Positions 11,461-23,507 of a stretch of DNA of 49,741 bases are shown here, in pieces. A program made the position numbers and the translations under genes. The notes under the pieces were generated by a model. It did no database searches, had not been told where the DNA came from, and was given only the letters and a program-made list of their open reading frames with translations. The first letter of the stretch is position 1. Each line of letters starts with the position of its first letter. The DNA is from Proteromonas lacertae (lineage: Eukaryota), in the NCBI GenBank assembly GCA_002245135.1, contig NGBS01000872.1, positions 496,001-545,741 of the forward strand, given 5' to 3'.

Positions 11461-12921
11461 TTACACTTTTTCTTTTGATTTTGTGATTATATCAAAAGAT
11501 GCTTTAATATAGTAATTCATAAACAATTTGTCATTTAAATAACGAGATGGAACATGATTTTTGTAATAATTTTCAAGGTAATTTATTACTTCAGAATTTG
11601 TTGAGTCATTTGTTAAAGTATATCCATTAGTAGCATTTACTATCAAATCTTTAAACAGCTTTTCTGATAAAATCTCATCATCATCTTCTTCTTCAGAATT
11701 GTTTTCATTCATTTTATTAATTAGATTTTCTATTTCTTTCAATTGTTTCTGATATTCTTCTTTCTGTTCTTTATCATCTTCAGTACAGCTATTTAATTTA
11801 AGTTTTATATTGTGATAATCTTTTATAATACTATCATAACCTGTTAAAGCATCATTTTCATTATTTACAATAGGTAGAGAAAGTTGTAATGTCTTTGTTG
11901 TTGTTGTCATCGTTGGATTATTTGATGATGATAAATGTTGAAGTCTTTCTTCAAGAATATTTGTACTTTCTTCTAAGCTTTTCAATGTATCTTTATATTT
12001 CACATAATTACTAGAGTCTATTTGTATTTCTTTCATTATCTCATTATATTTATCAGCATTATTCTTCATTGTTGTTTTTATAGAAGAGTATTCATTATAA
12101 AATGCATTACTAATCGAATTAGATGGAGGTGGTGTTGATGGTGGTTTTGGAAAATTGATTTTCTTCTAATAAATTATAATTACTATATATATATAATAAT
12201 CTATACTTTTTCTTTATTCATTTCTATTCCTAATTCTCTTTCAACATTATTATATTCAGAAACTATTTCAGACATTTTTGACAATAATGCTGGTATATGT
12301 TTTGGTGTTGATTTTACTAAATATGATCTAAATAACAAATAATCGTGTTTCAACTTATCTAGTTTCACTTCTAATTCTTTTATTTTTTCTGATTTTACAT
12401 ACAAAGGAGGAGGAGGATGTGATTTAAGTAACACTGGAGGATTAGTTGGTAATGTTTTATTATCTGATGAAATCATTGTAACCTATTCATTGAAATTATA
12501 GTAATGGAATTTATACATCTTCAGTTATACGGTCTTGAATTTCATCATTTAGTTTATCAAATAATACCTTCATTTCACCAAATCTATTAAATATTCCCAT
12601 AATCTCTTCATCATTACTAAATAGCAATGCTTCTTGTAATTCCACAAACTCATTTTGTGCATTTTTCACATCCTTTGATATATCTTCCAGAGATCTGTTG
12701 TGTAATTTATGCCTATGTGTAGAATATAATGCTTTTAACAATACTCTTCTATTTGTTCATTTAATATTTTGAATTTTTCTTTGATTTTCTCAATCTGTTC
12801 TGGATTATCATCACCACAATCTTTCAATTTTTTCAATTCTTCCTAAGTTCGAGAAATAAATAAATATTTATACTTTTAGCTCATTTATTTTAATTATAAC
12901 CTTCTCTTCAAAATCACTCAT
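11461..12921 (-). CDS. Coiled-coil protein of unknown function
   Basis: ATG at 12921. ORFs 12511-12741, 12201-12476 and 11461-12069 are joined by GT-AG mini-introns. Confidence 0.6.
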
Positions 12922-13041
12922 TTTTAAAACCACTATATTTTTAGTAATTATTTTTTATGTATTTTAATCAAACAAAAATATTTATTTAAAAACCAATAAA
13001 AATAACAGGAACAATAAATATGAATGTATACATATAAATAT

Positions 13042-14477
13042 CTATCTTTTTGAAATTTGTCGATTATTAAACCTTTGAGATAAATTAGAGTGTGTACCAC
13101 TATAACTAATATTTCTACTATTATGAGAATGATGATGATGATGTTTATTCTTAGAATTATTACCACTACTATTTCTAGTTTTACCAGGTTGTAAACTTGG
13201 TTTATATTTTGAATCTCTTTGAGTTCGACTATCTCTATGAGATGTCCTTGTAGTTGGAATAATAGGAGTTGTTTCATCATCCATTGCATTTTCATCTACA
13301 GTTAAATTATACTCATAACCTCTAAATAATTCTTGCTGCATAGCAATATAAGGATCTTTCTCTTGTTCTTTCTCATATATTTCTTCCACTTCGAATTGAT
13401 TATCACAATTCACTGTATCTGTTCGTGGTCTGAATGGTATATTTCTATATCTTCTAGCCATTAAAGAATCCCAGTCAAAATCATTAAACCATGGGTGATT
13501 CTGCACTTCACCTACTCCATTATTACCAAATCGATATTGTGGATTAACGATTAATAATCCTTGAATAAATGACTTACACTCAGCTGATACATGATCTAAA
13601 TGTTTTAATTTACATTTTTCAGGATCAGTCTATTATATAATATAATTATATATTATCTGTATATATATACAAGTAATTCTTTACATTTTTCTTTACTTTC
13701 TGGTCTTAGTTTTTTCAATTGATCTTGGTGAAATGGTCGATGTTTTGTAACAAACTCAAATGTCATTACTCCTACACTCCACCAATCTGCTGAATATGTA
13801 TGTGCATGGTCTTTATTTAAATATATCTCAGGAGCCATATAGGATAATGTTCCAGAACCTTCATAACAATAGCCAGTTGGAACTCTTCTGGATAATCCAA
13901 AATCACTTAATTTTACATATCCTTCGGTATCCATTAGTAAATTCTCTGGTTTTATATCACGATGCATTATTGTATTACGATGCAAATAACCTAATGCTAA
14001 TATTTCTTGTGCTATATAAAATTTTGCTCGTGTTTCTGTGAATCCTTCTTCTGAACTGGATAACTGGTAACGGAGATCGCCTCCTAATGCCAGATCCATT
14101 ATAATATATAATTTTGATTCATCTTGAAAAGCATCTATAACAATAATATATACATTTTATAAATGATACAATGTGAGTTACATATAAAAGGATGTTTAGC
14201 TATAGCTAATATATTACGTTCTGCAAATAAATTAATTCTTGCAGCATCACCTTTTGAAGAGTGTATTATCATCTTCTTATCTATAGTTTTCATAGCGTAC
14301 CATTTCCCTTTGTTAGGAGATGATACCTTTTTAACAGCATTCACTTTACCAAATCCTCCTTTACCTACCACTCTTTGGATTTCAAAGTGGTCTAATCCTA
14401 CTTTTTTAGGGTTATAACTCGGTTTACTATAATGTTGAAATAAATAATTATGAATACTTAAATAGGCAATTCCCCAT
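13042..14477 (-). CDS. AGC Ser/Thr kinase, STK32/YANK-like, with N-terminal MGNC lipidation motif
   Basis: GKGGFG, YAMK, HRDIKPEN, DFG and YMAPE motifs. C-tail NCDNQFEVEEI resembles YANK. Spliced N-terminus is MGNCLFN. Confidence 0.85.
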
Positions 14478-14666
14478 ATATTCAATAGGGCGTTTATAAA
14501 TTATCTAACGATATAAATTCCCAAAAATTGATCCGTTTTACTAATACAAAATTTATTTATTTTTATCTGTCTATGCTTTGTATTATTATTCATATGGGTT
14601 TATTATATTTCAAAGTAACAGGAAATTATATTATATAAATTTAAGCATTAATGAGAAAAATGTGGA

Positions 14667-15986
14667 TCAAAATTCATCGTCCACCAGTGCAATGATTCTA
14701 TGAGGTACAACATTACTTGCTACAGACATGGAATATGCTCCAAATTTATCTAAATACAGCCAATCACCTATTTCAAGTAAAGGTAACATTATATCGTTGT
14801 TGATTATATCATATTTTCTAGTAGTTGGACCAAATATTTTGGATTTATATTTTACTCCATCTTTATTATCACTAATCAATATTTCAAATTTTAACTCAGT
14901 TTTGCTTAACATAAAATCTTCAAAAGCACCATATATACCTTCATTTAATCTGTAAGTTACACTCTCTATTTCATCTTTATCATTTCTATTCACAGTGACT
15001 AAACTGATCCTGAAACACATTAACAGGCTTTCTTCAGCAAAATACCTTCCTGGTTCACTTATTACAGTAATATTATCAAGATCGAACAATTCTTTTAAAT
15101 CCTTATTAACAGTTTCACTTATTTCTTTTAAACTAATTTTCTGTTCAACACCAGGCCATCCACCTCCTAGATCTAACAGTTCAAATTTATATCCGTAGTT
15201 TTCACCTATTTTAAATACCTTATAACTATCTTCTAATGCTTTATGAAAAGCTATTGGGTTCATACAACCACTACCAACATGAAAAGATACTCCTTTTATT
15301 GGATATTTTAATCTGCAACATTCTTTTATTATATCTTCACATTCAGAAATAGATGCACCAAATTTTGCACCCAAAGGACATTCACTATAACTGTCATCTA
15401 CAGCTATTCTTATCACTACTCCTGCTAGATGTTTATCATTATAGATTTTAACTATTTTAGATATTTCTTGAACATTATCGACTGTCATATAATTTACATT
15501 TTGAGAGAAAGCATATTTTAAGTGTTCTTCACTCTTTACTGGATTTGCAAATATTATATGACTGGGTGGAACTTTGTTTTCTACTCTCATTTTTTCTACT
15601 TCTCCTTTGCTTGCACAATCATAACACATAAATCCAAGGCTTGACATATATGATAATATGTAATTATTTGGAAAACACTTTATTGCTATTAATTAGATAT
15701 TGTAATGTAGTATACCATAGTATGGTTGAACATCAGGGAAGATTGAACTCCATTTTCTAATTTGAGAAGAAATTCTATTCATTACAATGAAACAATAATT
15801 CATTTCAGGATCTTCATCTTCATCAACAATCTCTTGCACAGTTTCTATCAATTTATCATGAGGATATAACGCAATGTCGTTATCCTCTTTGTTACTTTCA
15901 TACCAATCCTTAAGATTAGCATTTTCAAGCAATGTTATGTCGCTGCATCTGTATAGTGTGTAATTAAAATCACTATCTTCGCTCAT
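14667..15986 (-). CDS. Ornithine decarboxylase-like (fold-type III PLP) protein with degenerate active site
   Basis: YYAIKC (across an intron), DCASKGE, IIFANP, KFGA, SFHVGSG, DLGGG, EPGRYF and GAY are present. GPTCD is replaced by GPTTR. Confidence 0.88.
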
Positions 15987-16124
15987 TTTGAAGAACAAAA
16001 TATTATATAGCCGTTTCATAAAATGGAAAATGTTCTTCTTCTCAATATATAATTATGTGTTTTAAAATATCAACAAAAAAACAGCAAATAAAACAAAAGA
16101 AACAATAATATAAAATCAACCATC

Positions 16125-16739
16125 TTAATCGTCTTCCTCTAAATCATCACTAAAATCTCCCTCCATATTACCTTCTTCATCATCCTCTTCACCGTCTTCC
16201 ACCTCACTTCCTTCATCATCATCATCATCATCATCATCACCTGCTGTTTCCTTATATTTGTTAATACTTTCATATTCTACACTCACTTCATCTTTCAATA
16301 ATTTCATTTGACTTTCTAAGAAATCTAATCTTCCTAATAATTCACATAATTTCAAATTTGCTCTACTTCTATCGTCTAATAATTTTCTTAAAAACTTTAG
16401 TTTTTCATTCATATCCTTTAAACCCATAAAATAGTCACTATGAATTGATAAAACAGCTTTTATCCATAAAAATGTACTGTATCCACTTCGAGGTTTCTTT
16501 TCAAATTTACTGATGCAAACATCAAGCAATTTCAAACTTTCATCATTTGATAGTTTTGTTACAGTATGATATATAATCTATAATAAATACAATAAAACAA
16601 TATGTATATTGTTTATACATTTGGTTTTCTTTGATTTAAGCAAAAAGTTAACATTGTTTTATCGTTAGTTTGAAGAGCTTGACACAAAATTGTATAAATT
16701 GAAGAAGCATCATTCTATTAATAAGATAATAATAATTAC

Positions 16740-16774
<35 letters not shown>

Positions 16775-18238
16775 TTTTAAATCTTTAGGTATATCTAATT
16801 TAGATGATACTTTCTTCTCTTTATATTCTTCTGTTGATTTTGTAAATTCTTCTATTCTTTTACCTAACTCCACATCTTCTAAAGATATTGATGATTTTCT
16901 ATCTTTCTTTGTTTCAATCACATTACTTGATGGAATAGCTGAATCTTTTGCTCCTAATATGTGAGTTTTCTCAGATATTTTCATTTTCTTTGCTTTTAGA
17001 TCTTCTTCTTCTTCTTTTTCTATTACTTGTTCATCTTCTGTTATATCATCAGTTGATTCATCATTTTCACTACCATTTTCTTCTGCTGTTTTTACAAATG
17101 TTGATTTTATTGATTCTACATTATCATAATCACTTATTTCAATAAACTCTAATGTTTTATCATTATCATTTACTAATTTCAATGTCTTATTGCATGTCAA
17201 TGAAATTAAGTTCATTTTTAAACTAATACTTTTCAATTTAGTAATCTCTATAGGTGATGATGATAAATCTGATGAAAAAATATCAATTCCATTAGAATGA
17301 ATTACATAAAATTTATAATGTGTATCAGAAGTTGAAAAAGTGTAATTTATTATTGAACCATCACATACACAAGTGGTTGTATTTTTCTATTTAAATATAT
17401 ATATATATATATATATATACAATAGTGTTACTGTCTGTTGAGATTAATTGAATACCTCTTCCACTTCCAACAATAATATATTTTGTTCCTTTTAAATATC
17501 TCATAAATATGATTTCTTTATCTAATGTTGACACTCGATTTATTTTCTTTATTTCTTTACTACCAATTGACCAACAACTAAATATAATAAATTATTAATA
17601 TATACATTATTGAACTAGATGCAGTATAAAACATTGTTTCATCTTCATTGATCAATATGAAATTACTTGTATGTTTACCCATTGAATATTTACTTAGAAA
17701 ATCTCCATTCATCTATATATATATTTATTAATATAAATTATACATGATAATCATATATTGTTGTTTTTGATGTGAAATATATTTCAGTATTATTTTTGTT
17801 AATACAAATGCTGGATATTGGATCTTTTATATTCTGATCTCCACCATATTTCTTGGTTATTGTACCTGTACCTAAATCCCATAAATGTACTTCTCCTGCT
17901 GAAGTTCCTACTAATAATTGACCTAATGTGTCATTCGAACTTCCTCTTTTTCGTTTTTTGACAGATTTCTATTCAATATAACAAAATATTATACTTCAAC
18001 ATTTGGCGTAACCCATAGAATACATGTATACGATACTTGTAGCTGATCAGAATCTGTATATGTTTGTATAACTTTACCTGTTGCCTATATTGAATATTAG
18101 TTTAATGAAAATACTGAATCCCAAATATTGATGTGATTGTCGGATGTAATTATTGCAAAATATGATCCATCACTATTAAACGTTGACAAAGGATATCTAA
18201 AATTATAGTATTCTACTGATTATATACTTAAATGACAT
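16125..18238 (-). CDS. UTP5: WD40 SSU-processome protein UTP5/WDR43
   Basis: N-terminal FNSDGSYFAIITSDNHINIWD, WD repeats, Utp12-type C-domain (LWIKAVL..H; LLGRLDFL) and acidic tail. Confidence 0.8.
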
Positions 18239-18274
18239 AATTCAATTCACAATTAGGTTTGAAGTGTCAAGCTA

Positions 18275-20323
18275 ATGAGTAGGTTATTTCTCAAAAATAT
18301 TCCAGTTGCAATAACTGAGGAACGATTAAAGAAACATTTTGAACCTGCTGGAGTTGTTACTGATGTTAGGATATTGAAAAAGCAGTATTATATTTCTGAA
18401 TTAATATTTAGGAATGGAAAAGCCAGAAAAATTGCCTTTGTAGGGTTTAAAACACATGAAGAAGCTGAAAAAGCAATAAAAATGTTTAATAAAACATTCA
18501 TAGACACAAGCAGAGTAGAAATAGAATATGCAAAAGGAGTATAAACATTTTAATAACATAATAGTTTGACGAAAAAGATAATAAAAAGAAAAATAATAAA
18601 ACAGAATCAGCAAAAGAAGAAAAAACAAATAAATCAGATTCTGAAAAACAAGATCCTTTATCAATGATAACACAATTAGAAGAACCAGATGGTCGTTTAT
18701 TTATTCGTAATTTACCTTATTCATGTACAGAAGCAGATTTAATGAAACTTTTTTCTAAATATGGTGAAATAACAGAATTGAAATTACCATTAGATGATAA
18801 ACAGCAATGTAAAGGATATGCATTTTTGACTTACACATTACCAGAATCATCAATTAAAGCAATTAATGGTTTAGATGGTAAAGTTTTTCAAGTATTTCAT
18901 TACTAATTATTAATATTATTATTCTAATAGGGTCGTTTATTACATATTTTACATGGAAAATCAAAATTTGATGAAGCAAATAGCAGTGGTAAAGCATCAA
19001 CAGAAATATACAAATTTAAAAGAGAATTGGAAAAGAAAGCTGAGTCTATGAAAGATACAAGTTGGAATGCATTATATATTCGAAGTGATACAATAGTTGA
19101 TTATATTGCATCAAAATATAACATGAAAAAGAGTGAAATTTTAAACGTACAAGAAGGAAATATGGCTGTAAGATTAGCATTAGGTGAAACTGAAGTGATT
19201 GATGAAACTAAAGAGTTTTTAAAAGATCAAGGAATTGATATGGAGGAATTAGATGTATATTTATTTATTCGTTTATTATTATTATAGAAAGCTTCTCGTG
19301 GTGCAAAAATAAGTCGTTCAAACACAATATTGTTAGTGAAAAACTTACCTTTTGATACTAATGAGAATGAAATAAGACAAATGTTAATGAAACATGGAAA
19401 TATAAATAGGTTAATACTTCCACCATCTAAAGCTTTATGTATTGTAGAATATTTAATACCTTCTGAAGCTAAGAATGCATTTAAAACATTGAGTTATAGT
19501 AAATTTCATGATGTACCACTTTACTTAGAATATGCACCAGAAAAAATAATGAATAATAGTAGTAAATCAAAAGCAGATAAATCGAAAAAGAAATTAGAAA
19601 AGAAAGATGAAAATGAAAATGATGTAGTGAAAGAGGAGGAAGAAATAATGAATGATGAAGTAGATGATGAATCAATAGCAGCAACAATATTTGTTAAAAA
19701 TTTAAATTTCACAACAACAGAAGAAGTATTAAAACAGCATTTTTTATCATGCGGAGAAATTAGATCAGTTACAATAGCAAAGAAAAGAAATTCAACCAAT
19801 AAATCAGAATTTCTATCTCTTGGCTATGGTTTTATTGAATTTACATCAAAAGAATCAGCCTTAAAAGCTGTAAAAACCCTTCAAGGAAGTATTTTAGAAG
19901 ATCATAAATTAGAATTAAGTTATTCAAAACGAGAGAATGATGAAGAAGAGAAGAAAAGAAAAAGAAGTAGAGGTATTATGGAAGGAAAACCAACAACAAA
20001 ATTATTAGTAAGAAATTTAGCATTCCAAGCTACAAGAAATGATTTGAGAGAATTATTTGGTGCTTATGGTGAATTAAAGAGTATTAGAATACCAAAGAAA
20101 TTTGATGGAAGTAATAGAGGTTTTGGTTTTGTTGAATTTTTGACTAAAGATGATACTAAATCTGCATTTGAACATTTACAGAAGTATATTATTATTTTAT
20201 CTTATTTTTTTTATTAGTACTCACTTGTATGGAAGAAAATTGATCATTGAATGGAGTGAAGAAAAAGATGATGTTGAATCATTAAGAAAGAAAGTCAAAA
20301 AGCATTTTTCTGAATCTAATTAG
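18275..20323 (+). CDS. RBM19: Multiple-RRM ribosome biogenesis factor RBM19/Mrd1
   Basis: MSRLFLKN, WNALY, AVRLALGET, PLYLEYAP and five RRMs. Confidence 0.93.
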
Positions 20324-20425
20324 TGAACATTCATAAATTTTAATCGTTTGTTATTGAGTTTGTCTTTTTTAAGAGAAAAAATACTGAAATTTAAAGTAAT
20401 AATTAATAATTATACAAATTGATTA

Positions 20426-22151
20426 TTATACGTAATTATTTTCATATGTATGTAATAACTCAAATATATCTTCCACTATTTTTATATATTCTGGCATTAT
20501 TGTTTGATTATTCAAAATTAGTTTCATTTTCTGCAGCAACTCTTGATTAATCTCTCTATTGTATAATACACAGATAATAAAAAATTATATCTATACTCTG
20601 TGTGTTTAAATTCCAATGAAGATTCAATTATATTATAAACAAGTTCATATTCTTCATTTTCACAATACACTTTAATTGCATGAAGAAACAATTCAGGTGA
20701 CCAATTACTCTCCAATAATACAGTGCTTAAATCATATCTATTAGACTTTACAAAACAGTTAAAGAATTTCTTGGAAGTCTCTATTACAGCCTTTAGATCT
20801 CTATTTTCTGAATCTGCTAAAATCTATTTCATTAAATTAAAATTAAAAATACTTGAAGAGGTTTATCTGAACAATCATAGAGTAAAGATTTCTGATAAAA
20901 TATCTCTGCTAAATCTACAACAACCATATTATTAGATTTTAATAAATCTTCATATTTATCACAAGCTTTACTAAACGTTGATTCATTATCTAAAGCATCT
21001 GATAATTCATTAAATTCGTCAGTTTCTGGTAATTTCACACAACTTTTCCATTCACTGTTTTTCTTTTTCTCACTCTCTTTTATTTGTTTGGAGACATCTA
21101 ATTTCTGGAAAAAACGATCACTTGACATTGATCTACCACATTCTAAAAGATTTCTATTCTTTGGTGTGTTTTCTTCATCATCCTCTTCATCTTCTTCTTC
21201 AGATGTATTTATTACTGCAATCTTTGAAGCTACAATTGATCTACCTCGATTTCTAGGATTTACTATTGTTTTATTTGATAATTTATGTCCTGATACTACA
21301 ATATTAGTCATATTATTTTTCACTAAAAAACTGTGAACGTTGTTTCTTAAAGGAGAATGTCTAAGTCTATTGGCTAATAATTGTTGAATTTGTTGTTGTT
21401 GTTTTGCAGTTGATGATGATTTTGGAGGTGGAGGACGAGATGATGGAGGCAACATATCAAATTGAAATGGAGATGTTCTATAAATATATATATAATAAAA
21501 GATAATACTTTATCGGTTTATTTGAATAATCAAACACTCTATCATTTGATGTTGTAATATTATTATTTACATTTACATTATTGTTATTATTGATTGATTT
21601 ACATCTGTTATATGTTTTGGAAGGTTTAGCTGGAGGAGCTGGTTTTCTTCCATATGGATTTGGCTGATTCGAACGATGAATTGGAGTGGGAGGAGGATAA
21701 GGATTTGGAGGAGTTTTCTATTGATTATTAATTATTCAAAAAAAATACTATTTCTGGTTGTAAATCAACTATTTCTATATCTACATCCATTAGATCGGAG
21801 AGACTATTATTATAAATATATGATATAATAAATACCTTGGAATTTCGGTTAAATGTCCGTTTTTGTCACAAACCTTTTGTCTATCTAACCCAATGGTCTA
21901 ATTAATTACAAAACATATTTTATATACTCTTGTTTCAAGTAAGTCTTTGATGCTACTAGAAGCCATTCTCATTCTTGATTGAGATAGTTTTGGAGCGCTC
22001 TAATATTTATATCAATATCATTCATACACAATAATCATCTTCATCTGAAGATGAATCATCACTAGCTGGAACTTTTGATTCATGTTTTGAGAATAAGTTG
22101 TTCTAATATCATATATATAATCTATACTTCATCTTCTATATTTTTCCACAT
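20426..22151 (-). CDS. Hypothetical multi-exon protein with Pro-rich middle region
   Basis: Exons joined by GT-AG mini-introns from MWKNIEDE to ...ENNYV*. Confidence 0.5.
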
Positions 22152-22298
22152 AATTCTATTGTTTCAATTCTTGTGTCATGCAAAATACTAACTGATTGAA
22201 AAAAATAACTGTCGAGCCAAGTTTATGAGATTAAATAGTCCTCTCATAGTTAATTTAAAAAACAAACACATTAATATTTCAACAAACAGATAAATTAT

Positions 22299-23427
22299 TT
22301 ATTTATTTATTTCTATGTTGAGACTTTTCATAAACTCTTCATAATCTCTTTCTTCTTGTTCATCATTTTCTCCATTATCTTCTTCTTCTTCTTCCATTCC
22401 TTCTTTGTTCTTTTCATTTTCTCTATCATCATCATCATCATCTTTTTCTTCCATACCATTACCACTTTTTCCTTCAGCTTTTTTAGCTCTTTGTTCTTCC
22501 AATTCTTTTTTTCTTTTATCCAAATCAACTTTATAAGTACTTAAATAAACTTTTCTAGATTCATCAATACATTGAAATAATTCATTAATACCTTCACCTG
22601 TTTGTGCAGATACACCAACACTTTGTAAACTATAAATAATAATAATAATAATTGAATATACTTATGATAAAATTCATCTAACGCTAAACTCATTGATCTT
22701 GTTAAATCTTCAGAATATCCATGATCTTTCTCTTTACTTAATGATTCTTGGAAAGCTTCAAAATCAGACATCCATTTAACTGCAAAATCGTGAGACATTA
22801 CATCCACTTTATTAAATACCACGATTAATGGCAATCTTGTCTTGTATAATATACTACAAGCATATAACATATTTGACATAAATGTAGCTGGTCTAGCAGT
22901 ACGTGGAGTATCTATTACATATAATATACAGGAGGGCAATGTATTAGCTAAAGCTTCTGTGATAATTGCACCTGATGCACTCCAAGTAAACACTTCTATT
23001 TGTCCTGGTGTGTCTAAAAATATGTATTTAAGATCGGATGAACGTTTTTCAACTATGTCCATCACTTGATCAAAACGGGTAGCATATAGATTTAATGAAG
23101 TGATAATGCTACCATTTGGACCTAATTTGTAAGTAAATATTATTAAAGAATTTTATCACATAATTAAACGAAAAGGATATTCTTTCATTACTTTCTTATA
23201 ATCAACTGTATCACGAATATCAATATTTGTTGGGTATGAAAGATTCGTAACAGCCGGATCTAGATTTATTGAATAAGGTACAATATTTTGTTTTACACAA
23301 GTTGCCAGAATACGCTATTAATGTTTACTTCTACATTTAATACTTTCATTAAAGTAGTTTTCCCACTTCCTGCCATTCCTAATATAATACAACTAATTGG
23401 TGGCTGTTTTTCTGGTGTAGTAGACAT
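22299..23427 (-). CDS. GPN1: GPN-loop GTPase 1
   Basis: [35 protein letters not shown] and [14 protein letters not shown] motifs. Confidence 0.96.
23133..23180 (-). other. U12-type AT-AC intron (48 nt) in GPN1
   Basis: ATATCCTTTT...TTCTTTAAT AATATTTAC. Splicing restores VMKDYKLGPNG, while retention gives an in-frame TGA. Confidence 0.92.
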
Positions 23428-23507
23428 GAAAATAGAAGAAATGACTATACAGGCTTGATGCCTTCAAATTTTATTTTTGATTTAGCCTTGTCTCTTTTAG
23501 TCAAGCA

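Noticed and set aside
16745..17419. (TA)n tracts
   Set aside because: Ordinary intronic microsatellites.
18187..18196. ATATCCTTTG on the minus strand in UTP5
   Set aside because: It directly follows a GT-AG acceptor and reads as coding YPLS in an open frame.
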